The notes beneath the pieces were generated by a model. It worked only from the letters and a program-made list of their open reading frames with translations. It did not search any database and was not told the origin of the DNA. DNA of 64,000 bases from Blastocatellia bacterium (GTDB lineage: Bacteria > Acidobacteriota > Blastocatellia > UBA7656), in NCBI GenBank assembly GCA_963765495.1, contig CAVXWP010000012.1, positions 1 through 64,000 on the forward strand, written 5' to 3'. Position numbers and translations under genes: made by a program. This document shows positions 46,664 to 57,223 of this stretch, piece by piece; within the stretch, counting starts at the first letter, position 1; each line of letters begins with the position of its first letter.

Positions 46664-47956
46664 TTACATGCCGCCGCGTTTGTTGAAAAGGCGAAAGGCG
46701 GTCGTGCGAATTACATCGGGAATATTCTTGTTTTTAGAGAGTACGCGCAGGTCGCGCGTTTGAATACGATTGATGAAACCCAGGCTGATCGATATTGGAG
46801 TGCGCGGATTGCGGACCAGATTATGCACTACCACATAAGATCGGGTCCATGCGCGACTGTGACCTATCTGTCTCAGCACCTCTTCGGGAACCGTCCTGAT
46901 CGAAGCGATGCTTTCGACCTCGGTGTCGGTCAAACGCGGATTGCGCAGGACGGCGGAAGCTACTATGCGGTTCGGGTCACGGACCAGAATCAACCTGGCC
47001 TCTCGCGTTCCCTTTATCGCAAGCATTACGCGGTCCTTGATACTCATCAAAGCGATTCGTTGAAAGACGGGCATCCGCTCAGGCAAAGAGTATCCTTCTT
47101 CGCTCCCCATCTCTTTTATTATCTCATCTACGTTGAATTGCTCGTCGGGAGTGGGTGGGACCAGATTAAATGGACCAAACTCGGTTTCGTATTCGGAGAA
47201 GATTAAGGCATCCTGCTCTGCATCCAATCCTTCTTCGATCAGCCCGAGACGCATCAGGTCTTCTATGCCTTCGATAAGGACGCGGGGGCCTGTGTCTGCG
47301 CTGGCAACGCGTTCGGCCTCGGCCTGTGTGCGCGCCCGTTGTTCTTCGGCAACCATCTGCGCGCCAAATTCTTTCTCGAAGAATTCCTGACGGACCTCGT
47401 TTGCGCGGCGTTCGGCTTCGGGCGTCCGGCGCGGATTGGCGAGAATCGCTTCTATAATTTCGGGCGAGCGAATCAGGCTCTGCTGCTTGAGCGATATCGT
47501 TTCGATGATCTGAGGATCGGGGCTTGCGGCTGCGAGTTGGGCCAGGGCTCCGTCCGGCGTCGAATGATTGAAGATTACAGTCTCGACCAGTTGGCGATTA
47601 GCACGCGGCCACAGACACAGGAATCCGAGCACATCAGCGCTTGATTGCGGGTCTGCGGCAAGCTCGATAAAGGAATTGGGATCGAGCCCGTCAACCGTTG
47701 TGGCCGCGATGTCGCGAATCTCCTGGCTCTCATCCGAGAGAAGCGCCACGAGTGCCTGAAGCATCTCTTCGGTTGTAAGCGGAACTATCCCACGGGCAGC
47801 CGCCAGCTTCATCGTCTGCGGAGCCTTGCCCGATACTATTGCTTCTATGATCTTGCTGGAAATGACTATTACTCCCGGTCTGACTGGCGTTCGATTGCAA
47901 AAGGCTATTTGTCTGGCTTTAAGGCAAAGCAAGCTTACTATAATCCGGTTGGGCAT
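46664..47956 (-). CDS. Conserved hypothetical helical-repeat protein
   Basis: KLAAARG, ILANP..P, LILVRDPNRIV..AVLRNP, LVRNPRTP repeats; true start probably near 47870. Confidence 0.75.
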   Translation of the reverse strand: MPNRIIVSLLCLKARQIAFCNRTPVRPGVIVISSKIIEAIVSGKAPQTMKLAAARGIVPLTTEEMLQALVALLSDESQEIRDIAATTVDGLDPNSFIELAADPQSSADVLGFLCLWPRANRQLVETVIFNHSTPDGALAQLAAASPDPQIIETISLKQQSLIRSPEIIEAILANPRRTPEAERRANEVRQEFFEKEFGAQMVAEEQRARTQAEAERVASADTGPRVLIEGIEDLMRLGLIEEGLDAEQDALIFSEYETEFGPFNLVPPTPDEQFNVDEIIKEMGSEEGYSLPERMPVFQRIALMSIKDRVMLAIKGTREARLILVRDPNRIVASAVLRNPRLTDTEVESIASIRTVPEEVLRQIGHSRAWTRSYVVVHNLVRNPRTPISISLGFINRIQTRDLRVLSKNKNIPDVIRTTAFRLFNKRGGM

Positions 47957-48001
47957 TCAATTACTTTTCCTCGCCGCCCCGAACCTGACAAAAGCTAATT
48001 A

Positions 48002-48030
48002 TTGACAAGAAATACCCCTCATATTAGACT
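48002..48030 (+). promoter_or_regulatory. Sigma70-type promoter for the riboswitch-transglycosylase transcript
   Basis: TTGACA, 17 bp, TAGACT. Confidence 0.75.
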
Positions 48031-48061
48031 GTCAGGGTCGTAATAAGTTGTTTTGAACTGA

Positions 48062-48268
48062 TACCGATAAAGGCACACCAGGAGCGATCCTGGGTCGCAA
48101 AGCCAAGGCCTTTTGAGGGATGAGGGATGAGGGATGAGTGATGAAAAGGATTTTGAGGAAACATTCCAGTAATTGGTTCAACCCATTTACTGGCTCGCGT
48201 CTTTAGAGTCTTTTTCATCCCTCATCCCTCATCCCTCATCCCTCCGGAGGATGTCTGGCCGCCGAAGT
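48062..48268 (+). ncRNA. c-di-GMP-I (GEMM) riboswitch with a long insertion in P3
   Basis: CG-ATAAA-GGC-ACA-CCAGGA-GCGA-TCCTGG-GTC-GC-AAA-GCCA ... TGGC-CGCCGAA reproduces P1, P2 with GNRA loop, the AAA junction, P3 and the G20/C92 equivalents. Confidence 0.8.
48115..48244. repeat. Heptamer inverted-repeat element (GAGGGAT)x4 ... (ATCCCTC)x4
   Basis: 36-bp stem 48115-48150 / 48209-48244 with one mismatch and one G.U. Confidence 0.9.
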
Positions 48269-48426
48269 CGAGGTTGAAAACGGCTCCCTCCCGGGTTTTC
48301 AACTCCGCCTGGTTATAGTTCCCCGATGTAGCGAGTCTTGAAATTCGCTTTCAACAAACGGCATCGCAAGTCCCTGCTTTTGCGCTGCCTTTGGCTAAAC
48401 ATCTAGCCCCAAGTATCGGAGGAGAT

Positions 48427-49284
48427 ATGAGGACTCTTATAATCTTGCTCGCAGTGATTCTGGTTGGAGTCACGACGAGCGAAGCTCGCGCGCAGGAAGC
48501 GAGCGAATCTTTTAATGCCGAGGCTGCCGCAGTCCTGAAGCCCACGCCTATGATGGTCGCTTACGGTAACGCGGCTCCGGTTGAGAAAGAGAAAAACAAG
48601 TTACCCGCCACGCCGGACGGCAAAGCAGGATTGGCAAAGGATGGCGCGGGAAAAGATGTTGCCGGAAAAGTCGCCACGGGGAAACCCGATGAAGCAGGCA
48701 CTCAAGCTCCGACTGCTCCGCCGCAACAGCCGGTCATTTTGTCGGCCGCCCGCTCAAATACGCAATCATCGAATGTCCCGCTCCAATCTACGGGCAATCC
48801 CGCCTATGACGACCTGGTGATGAAGGCGGCGGCTCGCCACGGCGTAGACCCGAACCTCATCTTTTCGGTCATGCATCAGGAATCGGGATTTAATCCCCGC
48901 GCCCGTTCCTACAAAGGCGCGTCGGGGCTTATGCAGTTGATGCCGGCGACGGCGCGCCGCTTTGGCGTGACCAATATCTTCGACCCGGCACAAAACATTG
49001 ACGCGGGAGCCCGTTATCTTCGACTCCTGCTCGATATGTTCGACGACGATGTAGAGCTTGCGCTTGCGGGCTACAACGCGGGTGAAAACGCCGTGGTCAA
49101 ATCGGGATTCCGCGTTCCGCGTTATCGAGAGACTCAGGATTACGTGCGTATAATTTCATCCAGATACGGGTCGGATAAGCACAGGGGAAACAAGAAAACC
49201 CCGGCCGGTCCCGTAAAGCCTTCGGCCCCGGCAGCCGTCGCCTTTGGCGCGGGGGCAAGCAGTCGTCTTTCAAACAATTACTGA
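48427..49284 (+). CDS. Exported SLT-domain lytic transglycosylase
   Basis: HQESGFNP.A.S.KGA.GLMQLMP.TA; ALAGYNAG; ETQDYV; GGAGG site. Confidence 0.93.
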   Translation: MRTLIILLAVILVGVTTSEARAQEASESFNAEAAAVLKPTPMMVAYGNAAPVEKEKNKLPATPDGKAGLAKDGAGKDVAGKVATGKPDEAGTQAPTAPPQQPVILSAARSNTQSSNVPLQSTGNPAYDDLVMKAAARHGVDPNLIFSVMHQESGFNPRARSYKGASGLMQLMPATARRFGVTNIFDPAQNIDAGARYLRLLLDMFDDDVELALAGYNAGENAVVKSGFRVPRYRETQDYVRIISSRYGSDKHRGNKKTPAGPVKPSAPAAVAFGAGASSRLSNNY

Positions 49285-49465
49285 GCAACGTATGCTTCCC
49301 CCAAAAGGCGCGGAGAGAGCAGAGTCAAGGCCCGGCTCGTCTCCGCGCTTTCGCCGTCTGTCCTTCTCCCGGCCTCTTGATATAGACTGCAAAAAGCGTT
49401 ACGGCTATAATGCAGGCTTGAATTAGGGGTGGCCCTCTAAAAATCCCCCGCATCGGCTGATCGTT

Positions 49466-51526
49466 ATGCGCAAATCACCACGCAACAAATTAGTAGTAGG
49501 CGTGATTGTCACTGCGCTGGTTTTTTGTCTTTCGGCCCGGCCTACGCTAAACGCGGCTGACCCGGAAGCCTCATCCGCGCACAGCCCGCGTTCGCTTGCC
49601 GAAAACCTGTTCCAGTACGCGACCGGGCTCAAGAAGGCGCTACACGACCGACCGCTTGAAGAGCGGAGCGAAAGCGACTATCTTCGCGCCCTTGACGCAT
49701 ACGGACAGGTAATCAGGCTCAACACCGACTCATTTTTTTCCGCCGAATCGCTTGCGCGCCGCGCAGAACTTCAACGCGAGATCGCCGATGCTACGGGCGA
49801 TTCCGCTCTTTATCTGGAAGCCATAGAATCGTTTCGCAGAATCGTAAACGAACGCCCGCAGAGCACCTTCGTCGGAGACGCGCTGATCAACATCGCTCAA
49901 ATATATGAAGAGAATCTGCAGGACCTGGATGGCGCAGCGGCAGCCTACAAAGAGATGATCGCCCACTTCCCTTCCTCGGTGCTGGCGCGCGAGGCCAGCG
50001 CCGTGCTCGCAAGATTCGAAGCGCACCTCGGCGATCACCCCGTTGATGTTCTGGTCTCTGCCGATCAGACTCAACCAAACGCCAACAGGTTTGGGCCGGA
50101 ACGAGGGGCGCAGCTTACAAACGTGCGCAACTTCACCGGACCCGACTACGCCCGCGTGGTCATAGACCTGTCAAAGGGGGCCGAATACGCGGGCGGGCGC
50201 GCGGGCAACAATCACTTGAGCCTTCGATTGAGCGATGCTCGCATCTCGCCTTCACTCTATGGCCGCCGGTTCATCGTGAGCGAATCGAGTCTTTTGAGAA
50301 GAATAACCGTGGCCGAAGGCGCAAATAATCCTTCGACACACGCTCTCTCGGAAGGGGTGCAGATTGATTTAGAGGTCGCATCGCTTGCGGAGTATTCCAT
50401 CTTTCGGCTGTCAAACCCCGAACGCATAGTCATAGACATTCACGCCGAGGGCGCTGCCTCCGAGCCTCTTTATGTAGCGAGAGGAGGAGCGGCAAACCGA
50501 GGCGTCACCCGTCCTGCCGAAGATGCGGACGAAGAAAATTCCGCGCCCGATGCTTCATCCGGCAACGTGACGGCACGCGCGGGCAGTTCACGCGCGTGGC
50601 GCACGCAGAAACCTCTGTTTGCGCTGCCCGAAATCACCGAGCCTATATTGCCTTACGATCCATCGAGTTCGGCAAGCGGCGCAAGCGGCCAGTTAGAGGC
50701 TAAGATTGACGCAGACCTTTCGCAGACGCCCATCAAATGCATAGTGATTGATCCGGGTCACGGCGGCCACGATACGGGCACGATAAGCTCGAACGGCATG
50801 TGCGAGAAAGACCTTGTGCTCGATGTAGCGCGGCGATTAAAGGCTTATGTCAAACGGAAGTACCCGGATGTCGAAGTTATATTGACCCGCGACAGCGACC
50901 GCTTTGTAGCTCTTGAGCAGCGAACGGCGATAGCCAATTCGCGCCGGGCCGATCTGTTTATATCCATTCACGCAAACGCAAGCCCCTCGCGCGTGGCCTC
51001 CGGCGTAGAGACTTATTTCATGAGTCCCGACCGCGCGCCTGATGAAGACCTTGAGACGGCCAATCGCGAAAACACCAAAATGGCCGATGAGAAGACCGAA
51101 AAACGAGACACCAGCGTCAAGCCCATCGTCGCGAGCGTTTCGGCAGGCGGGCGCGTAGCCGCATCGCGAGAGCTTGCGCGATATATTCAAGCGGGGCTTG
51201 TTCGCGGCATAGGCGCGCAATCTCCGCGCACGGCGGCCAATCGCGGAGTGAAACACGCGCCTTTTGTCGTGCTGCTCGGAGCGGTGATGCCAAGCGTTCT
51301 TGCCGAAATCTCTTTCCTCTCAAATCCACGCGACGAAGAGTTGCTCAAGACATCCGCGTTCCGCGAGCGAATTGCGGCCTCTTTGTTTGCCGGATTGAAC
51401 TCTTACCTGAAGAAGAATCGCCCCGCCGAATCAAGAAACGACGCAAAGAATGACGCAAAGAGCGAGGCGAAAAAAGAGACGAAAAAACCTGACCCGGACA
51501 CAAAGAAAACGGGCAGCGAAGAATGA
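49466..51526 (+). CDS. N-acetylmuramoyl-L-alanine amidase (TPR + AMIN + Amidase_3)
   Basis: IDPGHGG, EKDLVL, SIHAN, LAEISF; LSNPERIVID AMIN-like strand. Confidence 0.92.
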   Translation: MRKSPRNKLVVGVIVTALVFCLSARPTLNAADPEASSAHSPRSLAENLFQYATGLKKALHDRPLEERSESDYLRALDAYGQVIRLNTDSFFSAESLARRAELQREIADATGDSALYLEAIESFRRIVNERPQSTFVGDALINIAQIYEENLQDLDGAAAAYKEMIAHFPSSVLAREASAVLARFEAHLGDHPVDVLVSADQTQPNANRFGPERGAQLTNVRNFTGPDYARVVIDLSKGAEYAGGRAGNNHLSLRLSDARISPSLYGRRFIVSESSLLRRITVAEGANNPSTHALSEGVQIDLEVASLAEYSIFRLSNPERIVIDIHAEGAASEPLYVARGGAANRGVTRPAEDADEENSAPDASSGNVTARAGSSRAWRTQKPLFALPEITEPILPYDPSSSASGASGQLEAKIDADLSQTPIKCIVIDPGHGGHDTGTISSNGMCEKDLVLDVARRLKAYVKRKYPDVEVILTRDSDRFVALEQRTAIANSRRADLFISIHANASPSRVASGVETYFMSPDRAPDEDLETANRENTKMADEKTEKRDTSVKPIVASVSAGGRVAASRELARYIQAGLVRGIGAQSPRTAANRGVKHAPFVVLLGAVMPSVLAEISFLSNPRDEELLKTSAFRERIAASLFAGLNSYLKKNRPAESRNDAKNDAKSEAKKETKKPDPDTKKTGSEE

Positions 51527-51570
51527 CGCTGATGATCGTTGTAGACTTGTGATCGTTATAGACTCGTCGC

Positions 51571-52107
51571 TCAACCGCCGAATTGGTCTTCCCTGTTTTT
51601 GAACAGCAGGTTGAAGGTGGTCATAGAGCCGTAACAGCGCGTGATGTACTGTTGCAATTCCACCTTGTCGGCTTCCGCCAGTTTATCGTAGCTGTTTATC
51701 TTCTGTTCGAGCACTCGCAGATTATTTCGCATCATCACGATCTTATGAAAGAAGACTTCGAGCGGCACCTCTTTGGCCTGAAGCGCAGCATCGGCGGGCT
51801 GTAAAATCATACGCCCGTCGTGCCAGCGCACTCCGAGTTCCTCGATCACAGAGTCGGGTTTTTCAAGTCCCAGCTCCGCGATGACCGCATCCGCCGTCTG
51901 CTTTATGAAGACCGCCAGCGGAACATCAAGCCCGTTTATGGCGGCGGTCGCCTCTGCCGGTTCGAGGTTACTCTTTTCAGGAGAAACCGATCTGACGCCT
52001 TCGTCGAAGTGTATGTCGGCGGCGTGCTCGGAGATGGCCTTTACCACTCCGAGACCGTAATGCGGATGCTCAACTTTCATGCCTATGTGTAGTGATTCGA
52101 TTTTCAT
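51571..52107 (-). CDS. Conserved hypothetical protein
   Basis: HPHYGLG; FFHKIVMMRNNLRVLEQKIN; YITRCYGSMTTFN; start MKIESL. Confidence 0.75.
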   Translation of the reverse strand: MKIESLHIGMKVEHPHYGLGVVKAISEHAADIHFDEGVRSVSPEKSNLEPAEATAAINGLDVPLAVFIKQTADAVIAELGLEKPDSVIEELGVRWHDGRMILQPADAALQAKEVPLEVFFHKIVMMRNNLRVLEQKINSYDKLAEADKVELQQYITRCYGSMTTFNLLFKNREDQFGG

Positions 52108-52140
52108 GACATCCTTCGAATGAGATATGACGCGCGCCTC

Positions 52141-52178
52141 GGGATTTGAGATCTGAGAAATTTCAAATCTCAAATCCC
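52141..52178. repeat. Short heptamer (GATTTGA) hairpin
   Basis: GGGATTTGAGATCTGAGA-AA-TTTCAAATCTCAAATCCC. Confidence 0.75.
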
Positions 52179-52182
52179 CCTG

Positions 52183-52380
52183 CTAATCGCCTTTGGAAAA
52201 TACATCTATTATCAAGGGAATGGTCGTTGCCGCGCCGACCAGAAAGAGCGCCCAGCCGGCGGCTCGCCTCTGATCCGTATTGAGCCTGTCGGCAAGCAAC
52301 AGGCCCACTCCCGCTCCAAACGCCGCTCGCGTGCCGGCGATCAGGGCTATCTCGGGCAATGTCATTAGTCTTTGTTTCAT
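52183..52380 (-). CDS. Small two-helix membrane protein (65 aa)
   Basis: GGAGG site before MKQRLM; IAGTRAAFGAGVGLLLA, GWALFLVG. Confidence 0.75.
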   Translation of the reverse strand: MKQRLMTLPEIALIAGTRAAFGAGVGLLLADRLNTDQRRAAGWALFLVGAATTIPLIIDVFSKGD

Positions 52381-52385
52381 AGTCG

Positions 52386-53519
52386 TCAACCTCCTTTTTT
52401 TTCGCTCGCCGTGACCGCTTTGCTGATGTCGCGCAGACTCACATATCCGACAATCAAGCCGTTGCCGTCCAGCACGACCGCCCGACCGAGCCCGTTGCCG
52501 GATAAGACCGTCCGCGCTTGCAGAAGGGGAGTGAGCGAGCTTATGAACATCGAAGTGTCTACGGGTCGCATACAATCGCGAGCAGTCAGGTCGGTCCATT
52601 TTTCTCTGGGAACAGATTTCAATTCTTCCAGCAGCAGCAGACCGTGCAGCCGCTTATCGCGCGCCACAGGAAAACTGGTATGGTGATTGTTCTTGAGCAC
52701 CTGATTGATAAAATCGCTGACTTTCATTTCAGGGGGAATCAGCACCACATCGCGGTTCATCACGTCTTCGATAGTGCCGCGTCTGACTCGCCACACGCCG
52801 TACTGACGACCGTCAGCCGTGCCAAGCATCAACGCGATTATCAATCCGATTATTATGCTCCATGTTCCGGTTATCCATTCGCCGTAAAGGAATACGTAAA
52901 CACCCGACAACACGAGCGCAATCGCTATCATTAGCCCTGCCCGTACTGCCGTCTGAGTCGCCGTCCGAAAATTCTTGTTGAGCTTCCAGAGTATGGCTCT
53001 CAGCACCCGCCCGCCGTCGAGCGGGAGGCCGGGCAGGATATTGAATCCGGCCAGAAACCAGTTTGCTATTCCCAGATGTCTGAGAACCTGCCCCGTTCCG
53101 CGAAAGGTTGTGCCACGAAGAAAAATCTCGTCGGCCAGAAAGAATATCATCCCAAGAATAAAGCTCGCGCCGGGGCCGACGACCGCGATCTTGAATTCCG
53201 ACGAAGGACGCGCGGGCTGGCCTTCGAGCGCAGCAAGCCCGCCAAAGATATAGAGCGTGATATTGGTTGTGCCTAGCCCTTCTACGCGAGCCATCAATGC
53301 GTGCGCAAGCTCGTGAGCGATGACGGAGACAAACAGCAGTATCGTCGTCAGCGACCCGAGCGCCCAGTACTCATAAAGCGGACGATTGGGCACAACGCCC
53401 GGCAGATAGGCCGCAATGATCCAGGCGTAAAGAGGAAAGACCGCAAGCCAGCTATAATGCGCCTGGATGGGTATGCCAAAAATACGCCCCAGCCGAAATG
53501 GTTTGGTATTGATCAACAT
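52386..53519 (-). CDS. Site-2 (M50) intramembrane protease with a CBS pair
   Basis: AHELAH, NILPGLPLDGG, C-terminal CBS repeats. Confidence 0.93.
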   Translation of the reverse strand: MLINTKPFRLGRIFGIPIQAHYSWLAVFPLYAWIIAAYLPGVVPNRPLYEYWALGSLTTILLFVSVIAHELAHALMARVEGLGTTNITLYIFGGLAALEGQPARPSSEFKIAVVGPGASFILGMIFFLADEIFLRGTTFRGTGQVLRHLGIANWFLAGFNILPGLPLDGGRVLRAILWKLNKNFRTATQTAVRAGLMIAIALVLSGVYVFLYGEWITGTWSIIIGLIIALMLGTADGRQYGVWRVRRGTIEDVMNRDVVLIPPEMKVSDFINQVLKNNHHTSFPVARDKRLHGLLLLEELKSVPREKWTDLTARDCMRPVDTSMFISSLTPLLQARTVLSGNGLGRAVVLDGNGLIVGYVSLRDISKAVTASEKKGG

Positions 53520-53600
53520 GATTTTCAGACTGCTTATCGCATGTTCGCGCTCAAATAGAGTTTACATACGGCAGCCCGCTATCTCAAGGAAGTGGCTGAC

Positions 53601-53768
<168 letters not shown>

Positions 53769-53770
<2 letters not shown>

Positions 53771-55412
53771 ACTGATTGGAGATGCTTACGGCTACGGGCG
53801 CTTTGTTGCGCGCTACTTTTAGCGAGACAGCGCCCTGAGTGGTGGAGAACAATGCCCTTAACTCGACAGAATTGACCGGCTCTTTTTCCTGAGCGCCAAC
53901 GATGACATCGCCCGCCTTAAGCCCGGCCTTTTCGGCCGCGCTGCCCGGCTTTACGAGCTTTACCAGTATTCCGCCCGTGGTTCCGAAATAAGCAGCCAGT
54001 TGCGGTGTCAGGTCTTTGCCGATAAATCCCGTGGAGAAGACTATATCCTGCGTTGGGGGATCGTTTCCCTGATTGTCGGCTTTTAATTCCTGTTGATCCG
54101 GTTTTTGTTGGTCGAGCCGCTGTTGATCGAGCGAGCGCATGTTGTCGTAAAGATGCCGAAGCTCTATCTCAAGCTCGCGGAGCGCTTCGTTGCGCTCCTT
54201 CGTTACGGGAACTTTGAGGTAGGCTCTATATTGAGTCCTGAGTTCTTCGATACGTTTTTCGACGTATTCGCGCTGAGTCAGGAAAACGTCGCCTGCCGGC
54301 AGATCGTAAATCATCGGTCCGTTGCAGTCACGAGCGCCAAGCACCACCCCTATATTCAGAAGCTGGTGATTGCGTATAGTCTTCAACGTCACATTGCGGC
54401 CCACGGGCGAGGATGAAAGCAAGGCGCTTAAATCCGTTGTGCCCACTACGTTGTAGTCGCCGAGGCCGACTATCACATCATTGGGCTGTATGCCGCTCGT
54501 CGCTGCGGGGCTATCGGCTATGACCTCGCGCACGATAACGCCTGACTTATCCGTAAGGCCAAGGGTCTCTATTTCCGTCGAAGGAAGTTGCGCCAGGCTG
54601 ACTCCAACAGCGCCGAGCCACCCCGACGGCACATTATCGTTTCTCTCTATGACCCGCTTTGCGATCTGATTGCGTATCAGATCAATCGGGAACAGGTAGG
54701 CGCGTCCAAATCCCGCGTATTGCGTCATGCCGACTATCTGATTTGCGGTATTGGTCACTATGCTGCTGTCGTTGCGCGAGAGCAAACCTTTGGAATAGAG
54801 CGTGAGCGCGCCACGCGCTTTCGAGTATATGCTGTCGGGTTCTATCTCTCCGCTTGTTATTTTGACCGAAGGGTCAAGATAAAACTGGTTGTTCTTTTCG
54901 GCCGGCGCTGCCTTGGGCACGAAATCCACGCTCAGTATCTTCACCTCTTCTTTGCCCGAAGCCACGGCAGTAAATGCATTATCCGGCAGATTCACCTTTA
55001 GCGAATCTGCTTCAAGCACGGCAAAGCCTGTGGCGCAATCAACCCCTACAAGTCGCGCCGCCCGCCTGTATCCGTCGTCGGTTGTGATTGAAATCTTCTG
55101 ATTTTTATCCTCGGGGTCAAGGTTGGTCAGGCGGGTTACAACATGGCCCTGATTATCTACAACCAGGCCCGTCACGACATTGATTATATTGTCGGGCGCA
55201 GACCCCGGCACGCCGAGTCGAACATCCTGCCGCGCGCGTATGCGCTCAAGCAGCTTGTGCAAATCCACGACGTGTACGACCGAAACGATGAGCGGCGATT
55301 TGCCGCTTGCGTAAGGAGGTGTCTGAGGCTGCTGGGCAAACATTGTCCCGGCCGCCTGCAAGATCAATAGATATACTGCTACTACCCTTTTCACCATAGA
55401 TGAAAAATTCAA
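53769..55412 (-). CDS. Exported HtrA-like protein: degenerate trypsin domain, PDZ, coiled coil, PDZ
   Basis: Signal peptide; GWLG, SPAATSGIQPNDVI, SAAEKAGLKAGDVI; catalytic motifs replaced. Confidence 0.8.
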
Positions 55413-55568
55413 ACTCCTACAACCTTAAAAATCGAGGTCAAAGACTCACTGGGGGTGAGAAATAAAAGATTCCAGGGCATGATTTACAAGACCAGCCGCG
55501 TCCGTTTCAAATCTCTTTTCTGTAAATCATGTCGCTCTGCTTCGTTGCCCCGCCTGGCGAGGTTTGTT

Positions 55569-56285
55569 TCAGAATGTGGTCTTGACATTCTGCGGCGTCT
55601 GCCGTCCCGCGTTAACATAAAGGAGCGGCTGCGCGCCTACGCTCACGGTAGGCATCGGCACTTCGATCTCTCCGTCCCTCGCCACAACGAGCACCACCGG
55701 CATATCTGCCTCGCTCAACCCTCGTTGGCCTGCCGTCCTTGGCTCAGGCTGCGCGTGTCTCGCATGTCTGGGCGGAGTCGTGTAATGCACAGGCAAACTG
55801 GCGCTCGCCGTCAACGGATGATTATTTTCCGAGGCAACGGCGGGACTGCCCGTTTCAGGTGGTGTGATCTCTTTGTTCGGCGCTGGTGCTGGTGCTTTTG
55901 GCGTAACAGTCGACCCGGCTGCCGCGATCTGATTTGAAGAAGAATTCTGATCCGAGCCTGTGAAAAAGCCCGCGTACTGCGCGCCTGCTACGACGACTAT
56001 AAGAGCCGCCGTGGCCGCGCCCGTTCTCCATAGAAAAGCCGCGTCAAACCACGAGAAAGTGCGTTTTGTGGTGCGCTCTTTGAGCCGCGCTCTGAGCATG
56101 GCATCGAAATTCGCGGGCACCGTGACCCTTGAATCGAGCGCGAGCAACTCTCTGAGCCTGGCCCGCTCGTCGGCAAATGCGCTGCAATCGCTGCACGAAG
56201 CGACGTGGGCATTCGCCTCAAAGGGGAGTATATCGGGGCGGTCGGCTTCGTCTATCTGTTTTTTTACCTGGTTACAACCAATCAT
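55569..56285 (-). CDS. Zinc-binding transmembrane anti-sigma factor
   Basis: HVASCSDC (HxxxCxxC), one TM helix, Pro-rich external region. Confidence 0.85.
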   Translation of the reverse strand: MIGCNQVKKQIDEADRPDILPFEANAHVASCSDCSAFADERARLRELLALDSRVTVPANFDAMLRARLKERTTKRTFSWFDAAFLWRTGAATAALIVVVAGAQYAGFFTGSDQNSSSNQIAAAGSTVTPKAPAPAPNKEITPPETGSPAVASENNHPLTASASLPVHYTTPPRHARHAQPEPRTAGQRGLSEADMPVVLVVARDGEIEVPMPTVSVGAQPLLYVNAGRQTPQNVKTTF

Positions 56286-56324
56286 AAGATTACTCGTTTC
56301 CTGCTTTCGCCACCCGGTGTGGCC

Positions 56325-56957
56325 TCAAATGTACGCGCTCAGCTTCTCTTTCAAGAGGTTGCGAGCGCGATTGATACGTGACTTGACAGTTCCTTCCGAG
56401 AGTTCAAGCACCTCCGCAATGCGGTCGTAGCTGAGTCCCTCTACATCGCGCAGCACAATGGCGGCGCGGTATTTTTCAGGCAAGGAGGTGATGGCGCGGG
56501 CCACGGCCTGGCGGCGCTCGGTTTCGATCATCGCCTCGTCTTGCAGGGGATTCAAATCCGGCGGGTCAATCTCGACCGGGTCCCCGTTGTCGTCGCTGAA
56601 CGGCGTAAAAAGCGAAACGACCTTGCGCCGTTTCCGCTTGCGAAGCTCGCTGATGGCAAGGTTCGTGGCTATACGGTATATGTAAGTCGAGAAGCTGTAG
56701 TTGGCCTGATAACGAGACGCGCTCGTATAAACACGGATAAAAGTTTCCTGCGCCAACTCGACAGACCTCTCGTAATCGTCAATCATCCGATAAACGAAAT
56801 TGGTAATCGGATTGCGATACCGCCGCACGATCTCCTGAAATGCAGCTTCGTCGCCATCGCGAATAGCGGCAACCAGTTCGTGATCGTTCGCTGTTTCAAC
56901 CGATCTGCTGCTGCCACCGAATCCTATTACTTGCGCCTGATGAGTAAGAGTTGCCAT
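56325..56957 (-). CDS. ECF sigma-70 factor
   Basis: LAQETFIR, FSTYIYRIATN, LPEKYR..LRDVEGLSY, GTVKSRINRAR. Confidence 0.95.
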   Translation of the reverse strand: MATLTHQAQVIGFGGSSRSVETANDHELVAAIRDGDEAAFQEIVRRYRNPITNFVYRMIDDYERSVELAQETFIRVYTSASRYQANYSFSTYIYRIATNLAISELRKRKRRKVVSLFTPFSDDNGDPVEIDPPDLNPLQDEAMIETERRQAVARAITSLPEKYRAAIVLRDVEGLSYDRIAEVLELSEGTVKSRINRARNLLKEKLSAYI

Positions 56958-57013
56958 TCGGCGTTGTCGCCTTCTCCAGTGGTTTTTGCCTCCATATATT
57001 ATACCCACATTAA

Positions 57014-57039
57014 TCACGCCCGCAAAAACATAAAGTTCC
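57014..57039 (-). promoter_or_regulatory. Candidate ECF autoregulatory promoter
   Basis: Minus strand GGAAC-N16-CGTGA about 60 nt upstream of the sigma start. Confidence 0.55.
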
Positions 57040-57090
57040 ATAATGTAAAAAGATGCGCCCGGTCGAAGGCAAGCAACGGGTTCCGGCTGG

Positions 57091-57118
57091 TTGACAAAAA
57101 GAACATCGCTTATATAAT
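57091..57118 (+). promoter_or_regulatory. Consensus sigma70 promoter of the yceD-rpmF-plsX-fab operon
   Basis: TTGACA, 16 bp, TATAAT. Confidence 0.75.
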
Positions 57119-57223
57119 CATATCTTTTGCGCTGAAGGGCTTTTTTGTGTGATTATAACTGTTAAGTCTGAACCACCAGTCGCGCATAGTCCGGGCCTGT
57201 TCGCCCGGCTGGAAAGCTTTGGG

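Noticed and set aside
47860-47880. Non-AUG (ATT) start for the 46664 gene after a GGGAG site
   Set aside because: Plausible but cannot be supported without ortholog alignment.
55482-55509. Internal ECF promoter TGAAAC...GTAA before the PDZ gene
   Set aside because: Spacing is one base off and the -10 lacks CGT; too weak to call.
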